Part shown: piece by piece, positions 33,701 to 48,700 of the stretch | Layout of the letters: each line of letters opens with the position of its first letter | Numbering within the stretch: the stretch's first letter is position 1 | Assembly (NCBI GenBank): GCA_051362555.1 | Contig: CM120640.1 | Location: 71,588,788-71,652,787, forward strand | Reading direction: 5' to 3' | Source: Lingula anatina | Taxonomy: Eukaryota; Animalia; Brachiopoda | Length of the DNA: 64,000 nucleotides | Made by a program: the position numbers and the translations under genes | Notes under the pieces: generated by a model | Told to the model about the DNA's origin: nothing | The model's database searches: none | The model's input: the letters and a program-made list of their open reading frames with translations, nothing else

Positions 33701-36700
33701 ATGTTCTAAAACAATAACAATAACAACATCATCCAACACCCCATCAATGTTCTAAAACAATAACAATAACAACATCATCTGACACCCCATCAATGTTCTA
33801 AAACAATAACAATAACAACATCATCTCACACCCCATCAATGTTCTAAAACAACAATAACAACATTAAAACTACAGAATGGCCCACATTATTGTATGAACT
33901 AATCTGGTTTTATTTATCTACATTTCCTTACCTTAACATAAAAGTATCTACTGAGTCCTCTGATATACAATATGTTGAAGTATAAAGATAACAAGTTCCT
34001 TACCTTTATATACAAGTACCCAGTACACGTCTCTTCTGACATACAATATGGCTGCACCGCCATACGACAACACAGGTTACCAAAAAGTGGAAGCTCACAA
34101 GATTCTGAAATATATAATTAAAAATATAAATAATCATTCTTTTAGTAAAATACACATCCTGGGAAAATCAGTATTTAGATTAACTTTGGTCTTACAAAAA
34201 ATTGCTTTTACCTTGTTGTGATTCTAAAGTGATATCATACGTCCTGGTATGTTCTGAGGCATCAGACAGCCTCATTGTGCTGTAGCCTAGCAACTCAAAC
34301 TTTGGACCCCTGCAAAAATAAACAAGACAATAGAACTGCCTCCTCAGAGAACCATCATGGGATAAAGTTGTGAATTCATTTATAATCTCATCTTATTGAC
34401 AACAGTTATTAACTTCTAGGATCACCTGGGATGTTGTATCAGTATGTTATTTTCCCACTAGCACAATGCCAGCTTACTAGAGTCCTGTTAACATGCTGTG
34501 ACTTCCAATACTAGTCCGATACTTAGGAATGTCAAGGTATTCTCTTGAACAAGAAATTATTTCTACTCACACAGTCATGTTTCCTGCCAAGCTTTCTGGA
34601 TCCTCTTTCTATAACAGAAAAAACATTCATATCTTTATTAATTTCTCTTCTATTTAATTAATCAATGTTTCTGTCACTGCTTATATTTATTTAAAGAAAT
34701 CTATTTTGCCTTATAAGTCACAACCTAGCAGTGTGATATTTTTCATGAAAGTTTAAACTAATTTACACTGCAGTCAGCTAGGTTCACACAACCACCTGGT
34801 GTGTCAGGTGTACCAGTACAGGTACACACTGACCACACATGACCAGGAAGGGACCACAGGTGACCAGTTAGTAACCAAACATGACTATTCAGTAACGACC
34901 AGTAGTGATAAGACACGACCAGGAAATGACAACATGCTGCTGTGAGGGAGAAAATATGCTCTGAACTACAAATTTTAAGTTACACAAAAAACATTGAAAA
35001 AAAAAAAAAAAAACAGTCACAGGAGTCTGAGAAGGAGTCTCCTTTGGCACTGTGTGAACCTACCAGTCCTGAGAGCCGTTTTCCAACACTTCTTCCCATT
35101 GAGCTGGAGACATCATGAATTTTCTTCTTTATTTTCTTGGGTGTGCTTGCTATAGTCAGGTCATCCCACAGCTTGTGACAATAGATCTCTGCACGGCACT
35201 CAAAGTCGTGGGGAATGTTTTGGCTAAAAAAGAGTAAATGGTATATATAGACCTGGATATAAGATACCATGAAATATTCCACCTTTCATTATCAAGGTCC
35301 CACTAAAATACTACACAAAATCACACATTTTTGTCTCAGACCACTAGCACACTTTGTGATCAGGGAGTAGAAATATTTAATTACTGCTACCTATATATTT
35401 TCATTTTTCAGGTGCATGCTAGTAAAGTATTTGTTCTACATTTCTTTTCAAGATTGGAACTGGCATTATTTTGTAGCTGAATCTTGCACTTTTTAGTGAT
35501 CAAAAGTTATAGGAAAATAATAAGGTCACCATATGTAAGAGATACTACTTACAAAACAATGGAATCTTCAAAGGTAATATCTGTGCAAGTCCTGTCTACA
35601 TCTTTGATGAGTGAGGAGTCATAAATCTCTGTCCCAATCTTTAATAAAACAAATACTGCATAGCGACGATGATCTGAAACAAATGATAGAAAGAGCCATT
35701 AGAATTAATGACTATTACAGCTCTTTCATCCAGTAAATAAACATTCATGCAATATTATATTTATTGATATACTCTAAAACTACCTGTCCAGCAACCACCT
35801 ATTTTACAGCCTCGTACTTAATGTCATTTGACTAAATTCAGTTTAAGCTGACTTAATTGTATCTTAATTTCTGAAGCAGATGCAGTTTAAGCTTCCTTCA
35901 GTCATTTCCTGGTCAGTGAACATCTACCTCTCAGAACTAATCAAGACTATGTTATCTAGACCTATTATCTGTGGACAGGTTGATTGAATTAGGTGATCTC
36001 CATTTGGCTTCATTAACCCACCAGCCTACAGCACTACTATAACTGAGAGAACTGAGAGTTTGCTATCAACTGGCACTGTTCTCTGCTTTCTACATCACCT
36101 CCCTGTGTAATATCAGTTCATATGTATTGTGCTAGGCTCCATACAGTTCAAGCCAGTTCTTTTTCTGCCCCAGACTATATCTTGTATGTGTAGACAATAT
36201 TACTATTGATCTATGCCAGGGTTTGCTTCTTTACTAATGTGTAATGCTGTATAATTCAGCCTGAGGGGCTGGGTGAATCATAGCCAAGGTTTGTGTGTAA
36301 TCGTTATTATCATGTCAGCTTTATTCTCTCTCTAATGTACAGCTAGTTCTCTACTGGGACATTAAGAACAGGTCACTACTGCAGGCACTAAAGAACAGTT
36401 TTATTCTCTCTCTAATGTACTGCTGGTTTATTATCATGCGAGTTTTATTCTCTCTCTTATGTACTGCTGGTTTATTATCATGTGAGTTTTATTCTCTCTT
36501 TAATGTACTGCTGGTTTATTATCATGTGAGTTTTATTCTCTCTTTAATGTACTGCTGGTTTATTATCATGTGAGTTTTATTCTCTCTTTAATGTACTGCT
36601 GGTTTATTATCATGTGAGTTTTATTCTCTCTCTAATGTACTGCTGGTTTATTATCATGTGAGTTTTATTCTCTCTCTAATGTACTGCTGGTTTATTATCA

Positions 36701-39700
36701 TGTGAGTTTTATTCTCTCTTTAATGTACTGCTGGTTTATTATCATGTGAGTTTTATTTTCTTTAATGTACTGCTGGTTTATTATCATGTGAGTTTTATTC
36801 TCTCTCTTATGTACTGCTGGTTTATTATCATGTGAGTTTTATTCTCTCTTAAATGTACTGCTGGTTTATTATCATGTGAGTTTTATTCTCTCTTTAATGT
36901 ACTGCTGGTTTATTATCATGTGAGTTTTATTCTCTCTTTAATGTACTGCTGGTTTATTATCATGTGAGTTTTATTCTCTCTCTAATGTACTGCTGGTTTA
37001 TTATCATGTGAGTTTTATTCTCTCTCTAATGTACTGCTGGTTTATTATCATGTGAGTTTTATTCTCTCTTTAATGTACTGCTGGTTTATTATCATGTGAG
37101 TTTTATTTTCTTTAATGTACTGCTGGTTTATTATCATGTGAGTTTTATTCTCTCTCTTATGTACTGCTGGTTTATTATCATGTGAGTTTTATTCTCTCTT
37201 TAATGTACTGCTGGTTTATTATCATGTGAGTTTTATTCTCTCTTTAATGTACTGCTGGTTTATTATCATGTGAGTTTTATTCTCTCTTTAATGTACTGCT
37301 GGTTTATTATCATGTGAGTTTTATTCTCTCTCTAATGTACTGCTGGTTTATTATCATGTGAGTTTTATTCTCTCTCTAATGTACTGCTGGTTTATTATCA
37401 TATGAGTTTTATTCTCTCTTTAATGTACTGCTGGTTTATTATCATGTGAGTTTTATTCTCTCTCTTATGTACTGCTGGTTTATTATCATGTGAGTTTTAT
37501 TCTCTCTTTAATGTACTGCTGGTTTATTATCATGTGAGTTTTATTCTCTCTTTAATGTACTGCTGGTTTATTATCATGTGAGTTTTATTCTCTCTTTAAT
37601 GTACTGCTGGTTTATTATCATGTGAGTTTTATTCTCTCTCTAATGTACTGCTGGTTTATTATCATGTGAGTTTTATTCTCTCTCTAATGTACTGCTGGTT
37701 TATTATCATGTGAGTTTTATTCTCTCTCTAATGTACTGCTGGTTTATTATCATGTGAGTTTTATTCTCTCTTTAATGTACTGCTGGTTTATTATCATGTG
37801 AGTTTTATTCTCTCTCTAATGTACTGCTGGTTTATTATCATGTGAGTTTTATTCTCTCTCTAATGTACTGCTGGTTTATTATCATGTGAGTTTTATTCTC
37901 TCTTTAATGTACTGCTGGTTTATTATCATGTGAGTTTTATTCTCTCTCTAATGTACTGCTGGTTTATTATCATGTGAGTTTTATTCTCTCTCTAATGTAC
38001 TGCTGGTTTATTATCATGTGAGTTTTATTCTCTCTTTAATGTACTGCTGGTTTATTATCATGTGAGTTTTATTCTCTCTCTAATGTATACAAGTTGGTGG
38101 GCATTGAGCACACTGTAAACTGTATAGCATTATGTTATGACATAACCATGTTTATTTCAATTTTTTTTAAATAGATAAAGAAAAAAATCCAAATGTACCA
38201 AACCCCCATTACTTTCTATTCAGTGGTCAAACACACTCCTAAGCTGCACTTCATTTCCTTCATGGCAAAGGGAGATAAAGAAAACAAACTTGCCTCCTTC
38301 TTGAAATCTGACAGTAAGTGTATAGATACATATAGAAAGGTGGTGTCATCAGAGTGGATGGTGATAAGTTCAGACAGGTATTTTACTGTCTGTGGTAACA
38401 AGCTGTGGTAACACACTGGCACATTTACCTGAGCCATTTCACAGCCAGTCAGCACAGACATTCTCATCTTACTAATACTGCATTATTACTGATAATTAGG
38501 GTCTCATTAACCATGCAGGTGAAGATTAAGAAAATTACTTCCTCCAAGTATTAACAGAATAAAGAGGGAACATGGACTCAATCCTGGATAACTTTGTGTC
38601 AAATAACTGGACACCTTCAATTTAAACTTTCAGTCAATTATAAATTTGGAAAACAAAATCCTCAACCAAAGAGGAATCAATGTGTTTTGCAACTTGTTGA
38701 AATGCACTATGCTTGTATGAAACCAAAAAATCCACTTTGTTGCAACTTACCTCCTTTGTTCTTGAAATGATCTGAATCCTTCCACATTAGAGGAATGCGT
38801 AGGTCTGCAGAGAAAAATAACACAGTGAGACACAAAATACAATAATAAGCACACTGGTGTCTCTTGTACCTCACATTTAAACTACTATTATCATGTAATC
38901 TATCATCATATAATACTGTTTATTTATAAGACAGTTACTAAATACAGCTTAATAAATAAACAATTGAAGAAGAGCAGTGCTGTCTTCATAGTAGTCAAAG
39001 CAATCAATTATTTGCATGTGTTCTTTGAAAGTATTCAGCTAAGCAGATTAACATAGCAACAAAAAGGCATTAACTTCTCAGCATTCTTTGGGGGAATAAA
39101 CTGCTGTCGTACCTGAGATGCCTACTCTTCCTTTACAGGGCACCTGGTTGCCTGCCGTGGATCTGAAACAATGACACATGACACAGTGCAATCTGTCAGG
39201 CAGGGATTGTTTTCAATACAAATATGACATGAAAATTAGGAGTTAAGATAATGTCTTTCACATTACATCAACTAAGGTAAGTATTCTGTCCTTCAAATAA
39301 AAGCAAGGGGGTTAGGATAATGTCTTTTAAACAATAACTAAGGTGAGGATAATGTCCTTTACACAAAAGCTTGGGGTTTAGGGTAATGTTCTTTATTCAA
39401 AAGCCAGGGGGTTAGAATAATGATCTCTACAGAAAAGCTAGGGGTTAGGGTAATGTACTTTACACAAGAGCTAGGGATTAGGGTAATGTCCTTTACACAA
39501 GAGCTAGGGGTTAGGGTAATGTCCTTTACAAAAGAGCTAGGGGTTAAGGTAATGTCCTTTACACAAGAGCTAGGGGTTAGGGTAATGTCCTTTACACAAG
39601 AGCTAGGGGTTAGTATGTACTTTGCACAAGAGCTAGAGAATAGGGTAAGGTCTGTCACATGACAAGTGGGAGATAGGGTAAGGCTAGTCACATGACTAGT

Positions 39701-42700
39701 GGGAGATGGAATAAGGTCTGTCACATGACAAGTGGGAGATAGGGTAAGGTCAGTCACATGGAGACTGGGGGTTAGGATGATATCATTCTCAGCACCTGGG
39801 AGATGGGATAATATCATATTTACAATGACAACTGGGAGGCAGGAATTCAGAGAGTCACGTAACACTCTGAATATAGGATGTCAGTAAGTATAATGGCAAG
39901 TTATAAAAACATACACCATATGACAACTGCATGTCACAGATTCTTCACATGAGTTTAAATATGTTTTTATGCACACTGAATTAAATGTCAATAAAAAATG
40001 GAATTTTAAATTCTCTGATAAAAGTAACCATAACAACAGTGGGGAACCACAAAATATATAAGCTAGACGAGGCAGGCTGTTTGTGATCCAGTGGCCACAG
40101 CCCTAGAGGATACTCACTGTTTCTTCCCCATCACTTCATCTGTCTTGCGTTTCTGTAGCTCTGACATGTAAGCTATCATCCTGTGGTTGGAGGACAACAG
40201 GTTCTTGGCTGCCTCCAACATCTGTGCCGGGTGTTTGGAGGCGGCCAGGAGTTTGGCCGTGCCGTCTCGCATCTTGATCTCATGGTCAATCTTCTGCTGT
40301 AGCTCTAGGTCCTAAAACACACGACAATGCACGCGTTACTAGCTACTAAATACCTGTATCTCATTCCACCAATATCCATGAACAAGAAAATGAGTTCTGT
40401 AGAAGAGAACATAACACCAGCAGACACCAGTGTAACCAGGCAATGAACAACACACTCACAACTTACTTGAGGATTTAGCTTTACATTTTTCTGTTTGGCA
40501 CGTTTTGTACGCTGAAGAACAAATGAAAACTTGAGCATTTTTCTCTTCACATCTCTCCCTGCTGCTGTCTGTGAGCTGTGTGAGCTGCATACTAACAGTG
40601 CCATTAACCTGTTCTTAGGGCTTAGATATGCTATTACTAACTTGGATCTGCATACTAAATTCAAGGCAGTAAGCTTGTCTTCATCAGTGTACCTATCATT
40701 AAAGGGGGCTGCTGGGAGGTGCTGCACCGCCCCCTATTATGTATATTACTAATCTTGGCCATCTCCCCCCAATATCAACTTGGCCACCAACCTGGGCACT
40801 TATTATGGTCTGGAGGGAACAAACCTTTACTTCCTCAATGGACAAACACAAATAAAACAAACTGGCAACTAGGTTTGGTAAAACATATCATGTAAAAAAG
40901 AAATAGGAGACAGTGATACAAAGAACCAGACATTTCTTTTCATTGATGTTCTTTGTATTTCAACTGTCTTCCTTACTTTTACTTGGAGAGTTTGAAGTTT
41001 TATCACTGCTAGAGGTGGAATGGAAAAGCTATGCAGTCTGCCATTCTTGTCAAGTGAATACTGTGTGTTCAGGTGACACCTGCATGGCTTTCCTTCAGGC
41101 AAACGAAGAACAAGCTGACATCTACTACCCTGATATCACTGATGAAGACTGCCCATCACTAGTAAATATTACATCGATGGCTATCATAATCCTTTATACT
41201 CGGAAAAGGGACGTGGCTTTATAATTTATGTGGGAAATGACATGATATATAAAATAAGAGAGGACTTGTGTAACACGGAGTTGGATTGCCTTTGGATTGA
41301 ATTACAGCTTAAATATAAAAAGCTTCTGTATGGTATTTTTTATAGATCTCCAAGCCAAACTGCAAATGAAAGAAACCAATTTATAAGTCAATTATCTGAT
41401 TGTTTCTATAGAGCTAAATTATCCAGATCTGACGGAATAATCATCAACGGGGACTTTAACGCCCACTCACGGAACTGGTACCTGGGTGGAAGGGATGATG
41501 TTGCAGGTGAATTGCTACATGATCTGTTCTCAACCCATGGTCTGGACCAGCTAGTAAGAGAACCAACCAGAATACAAGGTGATTCATCCTCGTGCATTGA
41601 CTTGACAGTTACTGATATCCCAGGGTTGGTTACAAATGTGTCAGTTGAGGCTCCCATTGGATCGACCGATCATAGCACTCTCGTGTCCTCATTTGATGTT
41701 TTTCTGCTTAAATATAAGCCATATAAGAAAATAATCTGGAAATATGATCAAGCTAATATTCATGGTCTAAACAATGATATTATAAGCTTTGATTGGGATA
41801 CCTTTTTTCAATCTCAAAATAATATACACGAAATGACTAGAAATTTTACTGAAAGATTACTCCTTATCTTTAAAAAGCATATTCCTCAAAAAGTAAGAAT
41901 TATTAAAAGGAATGATTAACCTTGGTTTTCTGATAGACTAAAACATGAAATAAATAAAAAAAAGAAACTTTATGCTAAAATGAAAACCAATCCTACTCCG
42001 GGCAATATACTCTGTTATGATACTCAGTCTGTGCTTGTTAAGGAACTTATAAGGGATACGAAGGAATCCTACTTTAACAGTTTAATTGAAAGCCTTGATG
42101 AAAAACCTGGCAATGGTCGTAAATTATTTTGGCCGACTATTAAAAACCTTATCGGTTCAAAATACACTACGTCAATTCCAACCCTTTTAAACCATTCGAC
42201 TGGCCAAATTGCGATTACAGATTCAGAGAAGGCCAAAGTTTTCCTAGATTATTTTTCAGAAAGGTACCATTCCGATGTAGTGACTTCCACAGCATTAGTT
42301 AACTTCCCTGATAAAACAAATGCAATTTTGTCAGAAATTGATTTTAATGACACTGAGATCAAAGTAATAATCGATGATATGGATGCATCTAAGGCAAGTG
42401 GTCCGGACTCGGTGACGATAAAAATGTTAAAACTAAGCAAAGATGTTGTTGTGAAACCATTATGTATTTTATTTAATTATATTATTCAATCTAACACCTA
42501 CCCTGACCTGTGGAAAATGGCGTTTATTTGCCCGATTTATAAGAAAGGTGACAGAAGTTGCATAGATAACTATAGACCAGTGTCACTTTTGAGCGTCTTA
42601 TCCAAACTTTTGGAAAAAATTATTTATAAAAGGATGATTAATCATGTCGTTAACAATAATTTATTGTTTGAAAAACAATCCGGGTTTCTTAAGGGTCATA

Positions 42701-45700
42701 GCACTGAACACCAATTACTGGCAATTCAAAATTTGATTAGATCTAACTTTAGAAAGGGCCGAGATGTAAGAGGAATATTTCTTGATATTTCAGCCGCTTT
42801 TGATAAAGTTCCGCATAGTTTATTACTAATCAAGCTGTCAGCCTATGGTATTAAAGGTAACCTACTGTCACTATTATCCTCTTATTTGAGCGATAGAAAA
42901 GTTAAAGTCCGTATCAACGGCACGTTATCTGAATCTTCCAACGAATCTTACATCAACACTAGTGTTCCACAAGGCAGCATTCTCGGTCCTCTTCTTTTTC
43001 TTCTATATATAAATGATTTAGCAGACAACCTTTCTTCAGATTGTTTTCTATATGCTGACGACACGTCTATTTTTCAATCTTCTATTCCTTCTAACAGCCA
43101 GTCGCACGATGCACTTCAATCCGACCTCTCAAAGCTCGAGGAATGGTCTAACAGATGGAAACTGGAGTTCAAACCTGATAAGAGTTGTGAGGTTATATTC
43201 TCTACTAAGGTTACAGCGAATAAATACAGAAATCTAATATTATGTGATTTAACGATACCCCGGAAATCATTCCACAAACATCTCGGATTCGTACTAGATT
43301 CAAAACTGTCTTGTGCCAAGCATATAAGTTATCTAACTACTAAGGCCCAAAAGGCCCTGAATCCTCTTAAGTCCCTGTCCCACAGGCTCAGATCTAGGCA
43401 CTTGAATATACTATATAACGCTTACGTTCTGTCTCTGCTTGATTACTGCGACATCCTATATCACTCAGCAACTAAAAGGAATCTTTCCAAACTTTCTTCT
43501 ATTCACTATCAAGCTGGTCTGCTTGTTTTAGGTGCTCTGCCCGGTTCGAACACAATCAAAGTGCTTAGAGAGCTGAACTGGGCTACTTTGGAAAACCGTA
43601 GAATAATGCATGCAAAAAAGGTTATGTTCACTATCCATCACAATATGGCTCCTACATATATTATTAAAGATTTCCGGTCTTTTAAAAATCTAATAACCCC
43701 GCAAACAAGAGAGTCCTCGTATAGAGATTACATCATCCCAGCCAAGTTTACATTTCAGGGTCCTGAATACTTACTCGTGTCTTCATGGAATAGTCTCAGT
43801 CTCGAACGAAAGTATACCCCAAATATCGCGTTATTCAAGCATTCTCTGAAATCCGAACTATTTTCTGGTTCGTTATCTACTACCACCCTAAAGTTAGAAA
43901 GAAAGAATGAAAAATATCTAAACCGTGCGCGTGTAGATCTATTGTTCAAATCCCAATTATATAACCACAACTGGGACTCGGTAAATTCTCCGAACTGCTC
44001 TTGTGGGAAACCTGAGACTATACGCCATTTTTTCTTCCAGTGCCCACAGAGGCAGTTGAAGTATCGTGATTTTCATTTGTCTATTCAGAATGTCCTGGGC
44101 GCTAACAATACAAATTTTAGAACGCAGCTTGATAAGATTTCTTTGTTTCTACACGGCCACAAAACTTTAACAACTGGACAGAATGATAAAATATTCGATA
44201 TTGTCTCGACGTTTTTAATTGATAATGCTTAATTGCTTTTATAAGTTCACCCTCCCGACCCTCCTTCTCTTGATCAACTAATATATCACTTCCCGCATAT
44301 ATCGCCCGTGCCTTTCCCTGTAGTGCCCTTCCCTGTTGCTCTCCTTTACAACAATAAGTACTATTTAGTGTTATCATAACTATAATCATTACCTATATAT
44401 AATCATATTTAAGTCATTTTGTTACTAGAATTACATTAACGCAAGCGAGCCCATAATGCTGTGGCGACGTGCCGCCTGCTCTGAATGTATTTTTTTTTTT
44501 GTATATCTTGATTGTAGAAATAAATCTGTTTAAAAAAAAAATCACTTTATGTATTTAAGTCTCACTTTCCGTTTAATTTTGTACATGGATTGTGTAGAAT
44601 AAAAAAAATATATACCAAGCCTTGAAAAGCAGATGCTTTATTTACTAAACCATCCCTGTACAAAAATTAAAGTAAAAAGACATTTAAATACTCTCAAATG
44701 CATTACATGGTGATAGAACTACTAAAGTTGTTATCGTTCATTTCTGTTTTTTCCTCTTCCTGAAAATGACTTCCCTTCTAAAAAATTATCCCTTAAATTA
44801 AGTTGTATTAAACAATAGGCACAATTCCTGATTTCTGCTATTTTTTAAAATCGAAAACCAAGACTTGAAAGCATGCTTTGCAATCCATCTACAAGCTTGG
44901 AACATTGGCAATCAAGAGTTTTCTTCTAGAATTTGAGTTTATTTCTAAAATTCCAGGTACTTTTCCTAAAATCTGAACTGAACATTAAAATGGCACATTG
45001 ACATAGGAGGTACAAAAGAAGCCTGGCTTATACAATAGGTAACCTACTTGTTATATTATACCACATTCACAGTTCACCGCTGCTTTACACAATAGAATGC
45101 CAACTATTTGATCTTTTCCCCCAACCTATCTGTCACTAATAAATAAGGTGAATGGAAGAAGACATACAGAACTGTACGAGAAGGCCAGTTCTATATCCCC
45201 ACTCTTCCCCATACACCATCATCATAAGCCATGGCCAGTTCTATATCCTTCTCCTCCCCATACACCATCATCATAAGCCATGGCCAGTTCTATATCCTTC
45301 TCCTCCCCATACACCATCATCATAAGCCATGGCCAGTTCTATATCCCCACTCTTCCCCATACACCATCATCATAAGCCATGGCCAGTTCTATATCCCCAC
45401 TCCTCCCCATACAACATCATCATAAGCCATGGCCAGTTCTATATCCCCACTCCTCCCCATACAACATCATCATAAGCCATGGCCAGTTCTATATCCCCAC
45501 TCCTCCCTATACACCATCATCATAAGCCATGGCCAGTTCTATATCCTTCTCCTCCCCATACACCATCATCATAAGCCATGGCCAGTTCTATATCCTTCAT
45601 ACACCATCATCATAAGCCATGGCCAGTTCTATATCCTTCTCCTCCCCATACACCATCATCATAAGCCATGGCCAGTTCTATATCCTTCTCCTCCCCATAC

Positions 45701-48700
45701 ACCATCATCATAAGCCATGGCCAGTTCTATATCCTTCTCCTCCCCATACACCATCATCATAAGCCATGGCCAGTTCTATATCCTTCTCCCCATACACCAT
45801 CATCATAAGCCATGGCCAGTTCTATATCCCCACCCCTCCCCATACAACATCATCATAAGCCATGGCCAGTGCTATATATATCCCCCCTTCACCATATGGG
45901 CTTATCATATGAGAGCTATACAACAGGGGAAAACTTCCAACTAGTCTTCTATAGTGAACTATACTTCTGTGAACAGCTGGTCAGCCACAGTAATAACCAC
46001 GACCGAGGATCTTGGAGTTTTCTTCAAAATATTGTTACTTTTTCTCAAAGTTTTAACAGCACCAACTTTTACTTCATTACCTTATTGTAATGTGTCTTCA
46101 TGTTAAAATGGCTCACTTCTTAGGACCGTCTTTAAAATCCTTCTTTAACTGCCTGAGATTCTAGTGTAAGCAACCAACAGAAAGTTTTCCATGAAATAAA
46201 TGATTCAAGTTATTGGACCGGATTACGGAAACCCGTCTTTTGTCCCCTTTATGGAGACAACAAGTACAAACTGACCTGCTGAAACCTTTGTTTACAATTT
46301 AATAGTGAGTCATAGTATATAGGATTACCTCACCATAATTAATTACAATAACCAGTAGGCAGTGGGATATATTGGATGAGTCATCATTCACTCCACTGTT
46401 TTGGATCAATGACCATCTCTATAGCCCAGCAGTAAGTGGCAGCTACTACTGCTTCTGTAGACTGCTATGTTTGATAGACTTCTATCGCTTCTGTATACTA
46501 TAGCCAATATCTGATAGACTTCTATCGCTTCTGTATACTATAGCCAATGTTTGATAGATGACTTTTACTGCTTCTGTAGACTATAGCCAATGTTTGATAG
46601 ATGACTTTCACTGCTTCTGTAGACTATAGCCAATGTTTGATAGGATGTATCATATGACTTCCAATGTATACTACTTTTACTTGGCAAGGTTAGAAATATA
46701 TGTTTTAGTTTCATTTTCTCTGGTTTTCTCTTTGTGAGACAAAGAACTATTCAGAATAAAATGGTGGGTTTCATAATGTCAAAGTCATGATAAAAAACAA
46801 ACATGTTCTGTTTTAGGAAAAGGAAATGTGACATTTCTTTTGAACCAAAGAGAGGTGTGCAAGACTCGTCTTATGGATGACCTATATAACACTCCTGTAC
46901 ATTTCCATCCACCCACACACAACTTTACATTGCCCAGTGTCTTTATTAATTAAGGAAGCCACCAACATTATGTATATAAAGGTCTTCATTATTGACATCA
47001 TTTTGTACTGTATAACTGCTAAGCCATAACCTTTGTGTAAAGAAATGTGCAAGAACCAATAAAGAACATTATTAACTGCTTCTTGTGTAATTTATCTTCC
47101 TCAACAAGCACTTCTCCCATTATTGTCCACCCATCATTAATTATTATTATCAACAGAGGGAGAGGCACATTAGAACTGACTGTAGGGAAGAGGTTTTAGA
47201 ACTGAGAGCAGGGAGGGCTGCATAAATACTGACTGCAGGGAGAGCCACATTAGAACTGACTGCAGGGAGAGCCACATTAGAACTGACTGCAGGGAGGGCC
47301 ACATTAGAACTGACTGCAGAGAGGGCCACATTAGAACTGACTGCAGGGAGGGCCACATTAGAACTGACTGCAGGGAGGGCTGCATTAGAACTGACTGCAG
47401 GGAGGGTGGATTAGGACTGATATAATACCAAGGACAGTTCACTTGTTAACACATCTGACACAGTGATACCTTATGCACTGACTAACAACTTTGTGGTTTT
47501 TGTGGGTTCCACTTGTGCAAGATAATGTAACACTAAAGTAACCTGTAACATGTCAGCACTTCATGATTTCCAAAGGAAACAAGAACAGAAAGTGGCAGAT
47601 TTATATCCGGGTATAGCTTCTACATTGTAGAGGAAGTTTGTAACCCATGATATACTGATTGGGCAGACTGGGGACTGCAGACTAATGAAAACATCTATCT
47701 CTGGCATCTTAATCTTCAAAATCAAAACAAAAAGTTGCATGCATCCCATCATAAAGCTTCACACCTTTCCTTTATACACTGATATCATCTTATTTTCATT
47801 TCAAGAGACAAAATGTCCTCATTCATCCCCCCCCTTCCCCCATTTTTCACTTTGTAGTCTAAGTGATGCGTGGTACAGTAATATGGACAATAAAACCTGT
47901 TACCACGGCAACCATACACTAAGACTGCCAAGGATGAACATGTCCAGGATTCTAGCTGTGTGTCACCTGGCCTCATCTCACCTGAGAGTCCTGTGCCATG
48001 GTTACCATGATGTCTGGCAGACTGTGCACCAACTCCACCATGTCCTCCATACTGGGACCAGGGTGTTCCAATATAATATGCTCCAACCTAGGGTGCTCCA
48101 ATATAATATGCTCCAATGTAGGGTGCTCCAATGTAGGGTGCTCCAATGTAGGGTGCTCCAATAGATAATCTACACCAGGTATTATTACCACTAGCTCCTT
48201 TTATCTCTGTGTTGTTGCTGCTATCCTCACTTCATTACCCTGTATTGATACTAGTATCCACTTTCCTTGACAACTCTCTCTACTCACTAGATAGCTGCTA
48301 TGATCTGCAGTCTATAAACTGCCTCCTCATTCACCTCACTGCTGATGTGATGTGTATTATTATTATGAACAGTATCCTAACACAGCAGAATGAGGTCAGG
48401 CCAAGTTTGACTCATCCTTCCCCCTCCCCGCCACACAGCCACTTTGTCATATCCTGTGAGTGTGCCGTCACCAGTCAATGTTACCTACTATGACATACGG
48501 GGCCCTAATGACACCACAAAGACACCTTACTGGACAGTGTCACATAACAAAACCAGGAAGATAGTGGCTGGCCACGTACTAGCACACCTGGGTAAGAACA
48601 CCTGGGCTTAGGAGGTCTCTACAGGATACCACGAGTTAATGGGGTTATATATTCCATTCATTCTAGTCTAAAGCCTCCATGAAAAAGACCGGTTGTGTTC

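Noticed and set aside
40531-41160. ORFs upstream of the LINE as ORF1 or the ORF2 N-terminus
   Set aside because: No recognisable ORF1 or APE N-terminal motifs, and the candidate TSD places the 5' end at 41161. Not fully excluded.
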